A stretch of DNA of 40,913 bases, from the NCBI GenBank assembly GCA_041691135.1, contig JBEPVF010000013.1, positions 1-40,913 on the forward strand, given 5' to 3'. The DNA is from Candidatus Peribacteria bacterium (GTDB taxonomy: Bacteria; Patescibacteriota; Gracilibacteria; Peribacterales; Peribacteraceae). A program made the position numbers and the translations under genes. This document shows, one piece after another, positions 26,799 through 33,979 of this stretch; the first letter of the stretch is position 1, and each line of letters opens with the position of its first letter. Below the pieces are notes generated by a model, which ran no database searches, had not been told where the DNA came from, and saw nothing but the letters and a program-made list of their open reading frames with translations.

Positions 26799-28370
26799 AT
26801 GACCCAATCCTGCACTCACTGCGGCAACTCATTCGACGTCACACCGGACGACCTTAAATTCTATGCGGATATCTCGCCTACGTTTGACGGACAACGATTT
26901 GAGATTCCTCCGCCGCAAAAGTGCCCTAATTGTCGCTTCCAAAATCGCCTGCTCTTCCGCAATGACCGCAATCTGCATCACCGAAAATCGGATATGAGCG
27001 GAAAGCAGATCATTTCGATCTATTCACCGGATAAGCCATACAAGGTGTTCGATCAAGATGAATGGTGGAGCGACCGATGGGATGCAATGGACCACGGTCG
27101 TGATTTCGACTTCGAGCGTACGTTCGGCGAGCAATTCAAAGAACTGACATTGGAAATTCCGCACAACTCACTCTTCACCACCAACGCCGAGAACAGTTAC
27201 TACACCAATCACACATTGAATATAAAGAACTGTTATCTGCTCTTCGGTGGAGGGAATGATCAGGATTGTCTGTACGGAAAGTACATTGTCGACAGTCATG
27301 ATGTTCTTGATTCGATATGTCTCTATTCGTGTGAGTGGTGCTACGAAGGCATCGCCTCACATGGCTGTTACGAATGCGCGTTCATCACCAACGCACGCAA
27401 CTGCAGCAATTGTCTGATGGTCGAAGACTGTGTCAGTTGCAAGAATTGTGTCTGTTGTTTCGCCTTACAGCAGCGAGAGTATTGCATCCTCAACCAGCAG
27501 CTGACAAAGGAAGAGTATGAGCAGCGACTGAAAGAACTCCAGCCGCTCACGACACAGACGATCCACACGCTTCGTGAGCGGTTGAATGAACTGAAGCAAT
27601 CTCTTCCCCATCGCATTGGCAACATCGTCGGCAGCGAAGACTGCACCGGTGATGCCATCTTCAATAGTAAGAATTGTACTTGGTGCTTCGACGTATCTGA
27701 TTCGGAAGACAGTAAATTTCTCGCCTACACGCCGAAAGGGATTCACAGTTACGATGCGACGTTCACTGCCCCCGACGGAGTCCAGTGGTGCTACAACGTC
27801 GCTTCTACCGTCGGCATGACGAACTCGATGAGTACATTTCTCTGCTGGTACGGCGATGCGATGTACTACTCACGTGAATGCCACAACTGCAAAAACTGCT
27901 TCGGTTGTGTGGGACTCAAGAACAAACAGTACTGCGTCTTCAATAAACAGTTTTCAAAAGAAGAGTATGAACGAACAGTCGCTAGGATTATTCAGCATAT
28001 GCAACAGACACAGGAATGGGGAGAATATTTTTCCCCACAGCTGAGCTTGTTCGGTTACAACGAAACGAACGCACAGGAACACTTCCCGCTCAGCAAAGAA
28101 GAAATCCTGAGCCGCGGTTGGAATTGGTTCGATGATCCACAGCCGCAGCAGAGTTACATGGGTCCGCCTACCGATCTTCCGGCAACCATCGATCAGGTCG
28201 ATGAATCCATCTGTCAAAAAATCCTCGCCTGCGAACTCACGGGAAAGTCCTACAAAATCATTCCGCAGGAACTTTCTTTTCTGAAAAAATTAGGCTTGCC
28301 GCTGCCGCGTCGTTGTCCCGATCAGCGACACCTTGATCGCATGAATGCACGGATGCCCCGACAATTATAG
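26799..28370 (+). CDS. Cys-rich zinc-ribbon / Cys-ladder protein, array copy 5 (C-terminally truncated by an in-frame TAG)
   Basis: Same architecture up to ...PRQL, then TAG where copies 3, 4 and 6 have TGG. Confidence 0.88.
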   Translation: MTQSCTHCGNSFDVTPDDLKFYADISPTFDGQRFEIPPPQKCPNCRFQNRLLFRNDRNLHHRKSDMSGKQIISIYSPDKPYKVFDQDEWWSDRWDAMDHGRDFDFERTFGEQFKELTLEIPHNSLFTTNAENSYYTNHTLNIKNCYLLFGGGNDQDCLYGKYIVDSHDVLDSICLYSCEWCYEGIASHGCYECAFITNARNCSNCLMVEDCVSCKNCVCCFALQQREYCILNQQLTKEEYEQRLKELQPLTTQTIHTLRERLNELKQSLPHRIGNIVGSEDCTGDAIFNSKNCTWCFDVSDSEDSKFLAYTPKGIHSYDATFTAPDGVQWCYNVASTVGMTNSMSTFLCWYGDAMYYSRECHNCKNCFGCVGLKNKQYCVFNKQFSKEEYERTVARIIQHMQQTQEWGEYFSPQLSLFGYNETNAQEHFPLSKEEILSRGWNWFDDPQPQQSYMGPPTDLPATIDQVDESICQKILACELTGKSYKIIPQELSFLKKLGLPLPRRCPDQRHLDRMNARMPRQL

Positions 28371-28460
28371 AAGACGCAATGCGATAATTGTAGAAAGAGT
28401 ATTGAGACAGTTTATGGCACTGAACGGAAAGAAAAGATTTTGTGTGAAAATTGTTATTGA
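28371..28460 (+). pseudogene. Orphaned in-frame CxxC-x17-CxxC tail of copy 5
   Basis: After the TAG the same frame reads KTQCDNCRKSIETVYGTERKEKILCENCY*, which matches the paralog C-termini. Confidence 0.85.
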
Positions 28461-28482
28461 ACATATGAAATGTTTTTCTAAC

Positions 28483-28550
28483 AAATCGAAAGCGCCGCTC
28501 TCGATGACCGAAGTCACCGAAGGCGGCGCGGGTCCCATCGCACAGATGGG
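28483..28550 (-). terminator. Double hairpin + U-rich tail ending the 28563-28904 transcript
   Basis: CCCATC/GATGGG (28534-28550) and GCGCCGC...TGAC-CGAA-GTCA...GCGGCGC (28492-28529), followed on the minus strand by TTTCGATTT. Confidence 0.6.
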
Positions 28551-28562
28551 CAGTACGGTATG

Positions 28563-28904
28563 TCAGGCCGCTTCGGTCCGGACGCTGTCAGCACGAGTGG
28601 CCAATACATGGTCGATGGGCCACAGTTTTTCGTGCCACGGGTCGAGCGAGATCTGCGCCAGTGGCGCGCTTACCTGGATCGCAGTGAGCAAGGCCTGCAA
28701 CCTTGCCTCACTGTCGCGACCCGGCCTCAAGGTAAAGGTAGCGCGCTTATGGCAGAGCTCAATGGAGCAGAAACCATCCGGGCCGTGGAGAATGAATTGA
28801 CTGCCACGGGCAAATTGGGGCACCTGGATGGGCCCAACCGCCGCCAGAATCACAGTCACGGGAATCGGACCTTCGGTCCTAACTCCCAAGCGTACAGCTT
28901 GCAT
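28563..28904 (-). CDS. Hypothetical protein (ORFan-like) inserted antisense within the array
   Basis: GGAGGT SD 7 nt before the ATG, upstream promoter, downstream terminator. Confidence 0.68.
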   Translation of the reverse strand: MQAVRLGVRTEGPIPVTVILAAVGPIQVPQFARGSQFILHGPDGFCSIELCHKRATFTLRPGRDSEARLQALLTAIQVSAPLAQISLDPWHEKLWPIDHVLATRADSVRTEAA

Positions 28905-28986
28905 TCCAGTAACCTCCGGTCAACAAAGCAATGCAACATCACCGCACTCAATTCTCCGTAGAGAACTGGCTGCGATGAAGCAAAAG

Positions 28987-29031
28987 GTTAAAGAGCGGTA
29001 CCGATCATAAGCACAAAAACCATATAATCAA
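28987..29031 (-). promoter_or_regulatory. Promoter TTGATT-N16-TATGAT followed by boxA-like CGCTCTTTAAC
   Basis: -35 at 29026-29031, -10 at 29004-29009, boxA-like sequence at 28987-28997. Confidence 0.6.
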
Positions 29032-29219
29032 GTTTTTTGCCTTCTTGTGGCCAAGATACCAGCGCAGTATTCTAAGAGTCCATGTCAAAATGCGTTCAAT
29101 GCGGTGTGTCATTCGTCCTCACAGATTGGCAGATTGATTTGTGTGATCAGGCTGTTTGAAAGAGGTGTACTGATATTCTTTACAGAACATGCTTCGAGCA
29201 TAGAATGGGCACCTTTTGT

Positions 29220-29615
29220 ATGCTTGAACACCCCACTGGACCGGAAGGCTCTTCAAGTATAAACAAGGCATTGATTGCATTTCAGGAGAGTCTTACCGAT
29301 GACTTGAAAATGTTTGCTCAAACTAAACTATGGGTGATGAGTGGCCGGACAGCTTTGTTTTTCAAATTTGTTGATTCTTTAATGCAAGACCCGGAAAAGT
29401 TCCAAAATATGATGATCGACTTTATCGGAATAACTTGGGACGCCTTTCGAGGCCAATTTCCTATCAGTGTGGCAAACCTGAGTGCTGAAGATATTTTCAA
29501 CGGCTTTATGCAAGTTAATATTCCAAGTCATCTCCAGGTTTCTATCCAAGCAAATCATAACTTTTATCAAAGATTACTGTCAGTTCATAGGCCTGATGAT
29601 ACTGCATCGAATTAG
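29220..29615 (+). CDS. Hypothetical protein (AT-rich), divergent from 28563-28904
   Basis: Promoter TTTACA-N16-TAGAAT (29179-29206) favours ATG 29220; helical composition. Confidence 0.65.
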   Translation: MLEHPTGPEGSSSINKALIAFQESLTDDLKMFAQTKLWVMSGRTALFFKFVDSLMQDPEKFQNMMIDFIGITWDAFRGQFPISVANLSAEDIFNGFMQVNIPSHLQVSIQANHNFYQRLLSVHRPDDTASN

Positions 29616-29652
29616 CGTTTCATAGGTTACAGTATTCTGCCATTATTCTTTT

Positions 29653-31347
29653 ATGACACATCAAGAATCTTCTTCCCAGAGAACCTGCCGCCAATGCCAG
29701 AAGAGTTTTGATTTTTCGGATGCGGATAAGGCGATGCAAGATCATCTGTCGCCACAGATAAACGATCGCACATTTCCTCTATCCGAAGCCACACTCTGTC
29801 CCGACTGTCGACAACAGCGTCGCTCGGCGCATATCAACGAAATGAATCTCTACAAAAGAACATGCGACCTGACTGGAAAATCTATTATTTCAGATATCGC
29901 AGCGGATAGCCCATACAAAGTGTACAGCGTCGATGCATGGAATTCGGATGCATGGGATCCACTCAGTTATGGACGTGACTACGATTTTTCCCGACCGTTC
30001 TTCGATCAGCTGAATGAAGTGTGGCGTGCTGTTCCCTTCCCCGCCGTTCTCCCCATCACCTACTTCGACGAGAACAGCGAATATACCAACTACGCCGGAA
30101 AAAATAAGAACTGCTATCTGATCTTCGACTCTGATGAAGATCGTGACTGCTTGTACTGCTACAGCTTGAACGGTTCACACGATTGTATGGATTGTTTCCG
30201 CATGCGCGGCAGCGAGCTGTGCTACGAGTGCATCGATTCGTATCAGTGCTACGGTTCGAGCTACCTGCAAGATTGCAGCAACTGCGCGGATTCTCTCTTT
30301 CTGAAAAACTGCGTCGGCTGCAAGAATTGTTTGATGTGCAGCAACATGCACAATAAAGAGTATCACGTCGAAAATAAACCGGTGACCAAAGAGCAGTTCG
30401 AGCAATACGTGGCATCGCTGAATTCTCATTCCGCATTCGACGCAGCCAAGAATCGCTTCGAAGAACTGAAGGTGCAATATCCACAAAAGGCACTCCATGG
30501 CACGCATAACGAGAATGCGTTTGGTGAATATTTGACCGGTTGCAAGAACGCGTATGAATGCTTTGACTGCGTAGATCTATGGGACTGCCGCCACATTTAC
30601 CGCTCATTCATGCCAGTGAAGGATTCGATGGACTGCGAAGCACCGGGCGACGGCGAAAAACTTTATGAATGCAGCGTGGTCGGCTACGGCGCGAACACTG
30701 TTCATTTTTCGGCCAACAGTCTGGATCAGGTATCGAACCTGCTCTATTGCAACTTCTGTTTTCACTCGAGTAATCTATTCGGCTGCATCGGGCTACGGCG
30801 CAAGCAGTACTGCATTCTGAACAAGCAGTACACGAAAGAAGAATACGAGAATCTGGTACCAAAGATCATCGACCATATGAAGCAGTCAGGCGAATGGGGG
30901 GAATTTTTTCCCATCAGCATCTCGCCGTTCCCGTACAACGATTCGCTGGCGCAGAACTATTATCCGCTGACGAAAGAACAAGCAGTCGTAAGCAATTATC
31001 CGTGGCGTGACAAAGATCCCAAAGAATATTTGCCGCAGTCGTATCAGATTCCAGATGCGATTGCCGATGTGCCGGATCAAATTGTGAATGAAATTCTGGC
31101 ATGTGAAAACTGCGGCAAGAATTACAAAATTATCAGCCAAGAGTTGGCATTGCTCAGACGGAAAAATCTGCCCATTCCTCAGCACTGTTTCTCGTGCCGG
31201 CATGCGGAGCGGATGGCGATGCGCAATCCGCGGAAGCTGTGGGATCGGGAGTGTGATAAATGTAAGGCGTCGATCAAAACTTCCTACGTCCCAGAAAGAC
31301 CCGAAATCGTGTACTGCGAAAAATGTTACTTGGAAACAGTGTACTGA
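29653..31347 (+). CDS. Cys-rich zinc-ribbon / Cys-ladder protein, array copy 6
   Basis: Same architecture; keeps full CxxC pairs in the C-terminal module (CENC...CFSC...CDKC...CEKC). Confidence 0.92.
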   Translation: MTHQESSSQRTCRQCQKSFDFSDADKAMQDHLSPQINDRTFPLSEATLCPDCRQQRRSAHINEMNLYKRTCDLTGKSIISDIAADSPYKVYSVDAWNSDAWDPLSYGRDYDFSRPFFDQLNEVWRAVPFPAVLPITYFDENSEYTNYAGKNKNCYLIFDSDEDRDCLYCYSLNGSHDCMDCFRMRGSELCYECIDSYQCYGSSYLQDCSNCADSLFLKNCVGCKNCLMCSNMHNKEYHVENKPVTKEQFEQYVASLNSHSAFDAAKNRFEELKVQYPQKALHGTHNENAFGEYLTGCKNAYECFDCVDLWDCRHIYRSFMPVKDSMDCEAPGDGEKLYECSVVGYGANTVHFSANSLDQVSNLLYCNFCFHSSNLFGCIGLRRKQYCILNKQYTKEEYENLVPKIIDHMKQSGEWGEFFPISISPFPYNDSLAQNYYPLTKEQAVVSNYPWRDKDPKEYLPQSYQIPDAIADVPDQIVNEILACENCGKNYKIISQELALLRRKNLPIPQHCFSCRHAERMAMRNPRKLWDRECDKCKASIKTSYVPERPEIVYCEKCYLETVY

Positions 31348-31378
31348 TGAGTTTTCCTTAGAATATGGAACAGAAAAA

Positions 31379-31406
31379 TTGACTTTCATGCTTTGCACCT
31401 TACAGT
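31379..31406 (+). promoter_or_regulatory. Sigma70-type promoter for the basic peptide
   Basis: TTGACT-N16-TACAGT. Confidence 0.6.
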
Positions 31407-31467
31407 TCGCGTACCTCTTTTGTACGAGAGGGAATCGACTCTAGCTCCCTTTTTTGTGAGGTGAACC

Positions 31468-31545
31468 TTGAAAAAACGGCGTCGAGGACAGCCCAAGGGC
31501 CACAAGCACGTGAAGAGAAGAAACAAGAAGGGCCCAAAGTTCTGA
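31468..31545 (+). CDS. 25-aa highly basic peptide MKKRRRGQPKGHKHVKRRNKKGPKF
   Basis: TTG start after a GAGGTG SD; own promoter and terminator; hand-translated. Confidence 0.55.
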   Translation: MKKRRRGQPKGHKHVKRRNKKGPKF

Positions 31546-31555
31546 GTCGTCCCCT

Positions 31556-31607
31556 GTGCCTCATGGAAGAGGCACCCAGCCGCGACCACTCGTCGCGGCC
31601 CTTTTTT
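31556..31607 (+). terminator. Double hairpin ending in a Rho-independent terminator
   Basis: GTGCCTC/GAGGCAC, then GCCGCGAC-CACTC-GTCGCGGC-CC-TTTTTT. Confidence 0.8.
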
Positions 31608-31659
31608 GGCTTCATTCTATGGTTTTTGGCTAAAATTCTGCTAGAGTTAGCCATATTCT

Positions 31660-33897
31660 ATGGCTGATCTGGCCTTCATCCATATCGTCGTGCCCCAAGG
31701 GTCGCCGGGCAACAATAAACTGGAATCCAAGTTCCAGGAACTGCTGCTGAACCTGTGGAATACGGAACGCGGCCGGCCAGTGGCGTTGGAGTTCTTCGGT
31801 TACGCGCAGTACACGTACTTCTTCGTCGCCGTCGAAAAGGACATGCTCGAAACGGTGGAGGGTCTGATCTACGCCACCTTCCCGGATGCCGAGATCAAGG
31901 AGACGCAGGATTATACGTTGAACTTTGATCCGAAGAAGCGGGCGATCGCCGGCGCGGTGATGCACCTGCATCATTCGGACATCTATCCGATCGTCACGTA
32001 CGATGCGTTCGAAGATGACAGCTTGTCACGCTTGTTCTCGGTGATCTCCAAAATTCCGAGCGGCGACGAAGCGTGGGTGCAAATTATCGCCGAACCGCGC
32101 GAGGACACCGGCATGTTCCACTTTTCGCGCAAGATGGCTGTTCGCATGGCAACGATGCACCACTTCTTCAGCATCCGTGATCGCATGCGCAGCGGCGGCC
32201 GTAAGTCCATCAACACCGTGCGACACGAAAAGGCACACACGAAGGGCGAACTCAAACCGTTCAAGGTATCGATTCGCTGCGCGTACATCGGCGCAAATGA
32301 AGCAGCAGCCAACAGTAAGCTCGGAGCGATCATCTCCAGTTTTTCGCAGTTCAACGACCACGACATCAACGAATTCGGATCACACCATGCCAATGGCGAG
32401 CGTTTTTTGGCTCAGTACAGAGCTCGCTCGCATGCCACGCCGATGATCATGAACGCGAAGGAAGTGGCGACGATGTACCACCTGCCGAACGCCGATGAAG
32501 TGCCGCATGTGGTGCATGTGCTGGCACGCAAATCCGATCCTCCACAGGATCTGCCGCGCATGGGCGAAAAAGGAGTAAGCGCATTCGGCGTGACGAACTA
32601 CCACAACAGTTTTCTGCCTTTCGGCATTCGCCGGGCCGACCGTCGTCGTCATCTGTATGCCGTGGGAAAATCCGGTTCGGGAAAAAGTAAATTGTTGGAG
32701 CTGCTCATCAATGACGACATTCAGAACGGCGAAGGCATCGCAGTGCTCGATCCGCACGGTGATTTGATCGACGCCATTATGCGCTATATTCCCGAACATC
32801 GTATCGACGATGTCGTGCTACTCGATCCGGGCGACATCGAGTTCCCTATCGCCTTCAATCCGCTGGAGAAAGTAGACGAAGCATTCAAGATGCAGGTAAC
32901 GATTGGATTCCTTCAAATATTTAAAAAATTATTCGGCTCCAACTGGTCTGATCGTTTGGAGCACGTGCTGCGCTACACCACGCTCGCATTGCTCGACAGT
33001 CCCAACACGACGGTGCTCAGCATCCTCAAAATGCTCACCGACAAAAACTACCGCCAGAAAATCGTCTCGCGCATTCAGGACTCGGTAGTTAAAAGCTTCT
33101 GGGTGTCGGAATTCGCAGCCTGGAGCGAAAAATTCGATGCCGACGCCATTACGCCGCTGCTGAATAAAGTGGGTCAATTCGTAGCCACAAACATGATTCG
33201 CAACATGATCGGCCAACCCAAGACAAAGTTCGACATCCGCGAGATCATGGATCAGAAGAAAATTCTGCTGATGAAAGTATCGAAGGGGCTTCTTGGCGAA
33301 GAGAACTCGTCGCTCATCGGTTCGATGTTCATCACCAAGTTGTACCAAGCTGCCATGAGTCGTGCAGACACAGCCGAAGACAAGCGAACAGACTTCTACC
33401 TGTACGTCGACGAGTTCCAGAACTTCGCCACCGACACCTTCGCCGAAATTTTGTCGGAGGCCCGCAAATACAGATTGAACCTGACCATCGCCCACCAATA
33501 CATGGGTCAGCTGAGCGACGTGGTGCGCGAGACGGTGTTCGGCAACGTCGGATCGATGATCAGCTTCCGCGTGGGCGCCGAAGACGCACGGATTCTGGAA
33601 GGCGAGTACAACCCGATCTTCAAGGAACGCGACATCATCAACCTCGGCGTGCGTGAGTTCTATCTGAAAATGCAAGTGAACGGCGAGCAGCGTGAAGCGT
33701 TTTCCGGCCGCACGCTGGACGCGCCGAAAATCGAACATGACTACACGGCGCAGATTATCGAACGCTCCCGTGCCAAGTACTGCATGCCGAAAGCGGCGGT
33801 GGAGGAGAATTTGAAGAAATGGGACGAAGCGGCCTCGGCACCGCCGAAAAAAGAGGAGATCTCAGCGGAAGAGACGTTTGAGGAACCGTTAATATAA
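31660..33897 (+). CDS. VirD4/TrwB/TraG-like (HerA/FtsK superfamily) ATPase with an N-terminal accessory domain
   Basis: Walker A GKSGSGKS, LDPHGD, Walker B LYVDEFQNF, SEARKYRL.L.IAHQY..QL, FGNVGS.ISFRVG..DA. Confidence 0.9.
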   Translation: MADLAFIHIVVPQGSPGNNKLESKFQELLLNLWNTERGRPVALEFFGYAQYTYFFVAVEKDMLETVEGLIYATFPDAEIKETQDYTLNFDPKKRAIAGAVMHLHHSDIYPIVTYDAFEDDSLSRLFSVISKIPSGDEAWVQIIAEPREDTGMFHFSRKMAVRMATMHHFFSIRDRMRSGGRKSINTVRHEKAHTKGELKPFKVSIRCAYIGANEAAANSKLGAIISSFSQFNDHDINEFGSHHANGERFLAQYRARSHATPMIMNAKEVATMYHLPNADEVPHVVHVLARKSDPPQDLPRMGEKGVSAFGVTNYHNSFLPFGIRRADRRRHLYAVGKSGSGKSKLLELLINDDIQNGEGIAVLDPHGDLIDAIMRYIPEHRIDDVVLLDPGDIEFPIAFNPLEKVDEAFKMQVTIGFLQIFKKLFGSNWSDRLEHVLRYTTLALLDSPNTTVLSILKMLTDKNYRQKIVSRIQDSVVKSFWVSEFAAWSEKFDADAITPLLNKVGQFVATNMIRNMIGQPKTKFDIREIMDQKKILLMKVSKGLLGEENSSLIGSMFITKLYQAAMSRADTAEDKRTDFYLYVDEFQNFATDTFAEILSEARKYRLNLTIAHQYMGQLSDVVRETVFGNVGSMISFRVGAEDARILEGEYNPIFKERDIINLGVREFYLKMQVNGEQREAFSGRTLDAPKIEHDYTAQIIERSRAKYCMPKAAVEENLKKWDEAASAPPKKEEISAEETFEEPLI

Positions 33898-33904
33898 GGT
33901 GACC

Positions 33905-33976
33905 GAGGTGACAGAAGACGAGGAACCTGAAGAAGGATCCTCTTGAATGTTTCGTATCTCTATCCTCTGTCACTTC
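33905..33976. terminator. Imperfect inverted repeat between convergent genes
   Basis: GAGGTGACAGA (33905-33915) pairs with TCTGTCACTTC (33966-33976). Confidence 0.45.
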
Positions 33977-33979
33977 CCC

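Noticed and set aside
28368-28460. Genome-wide stop-codon reassignment (TAG, or TGA=Gly as in Gracilibacteria)
   Set aside because: TAG and TGA end conserved genes at their expected positions elsewhere (rpe TAG, rpiB TAG, atpE TGA, uppP TGA)
28560-28961. Plus-strand 133-aa ORF (and 28345-28800)
   Set aside because: The overlapping minus-strand ORF has a promoter, SD and terminator; the plus-strand ORFs have none
20076-31347. Diversity-generating retroelement behind the paralog array
   Set aside because: No reverse transcriptase and no near-identical TR/VR pair with adenine-specific mismatches; the junction repeats differ at mixed bases
20076-31347. Polyferredoxin or multiheme cytochrome
   Set aside because: No regular CxxCxxCxxxCP ferredoxin motifs; CxxCH occurs only sporadically within the 3-residue Cys periodicity; no export signal. 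Non-canonical Fe-S binding is not excluded.
31461-31667. 68-aa ORF from GTG 31461
   Set aside because: Runs through a strong terminator and into the next gene; its start codon is part of the SD of the 25-aa peptide
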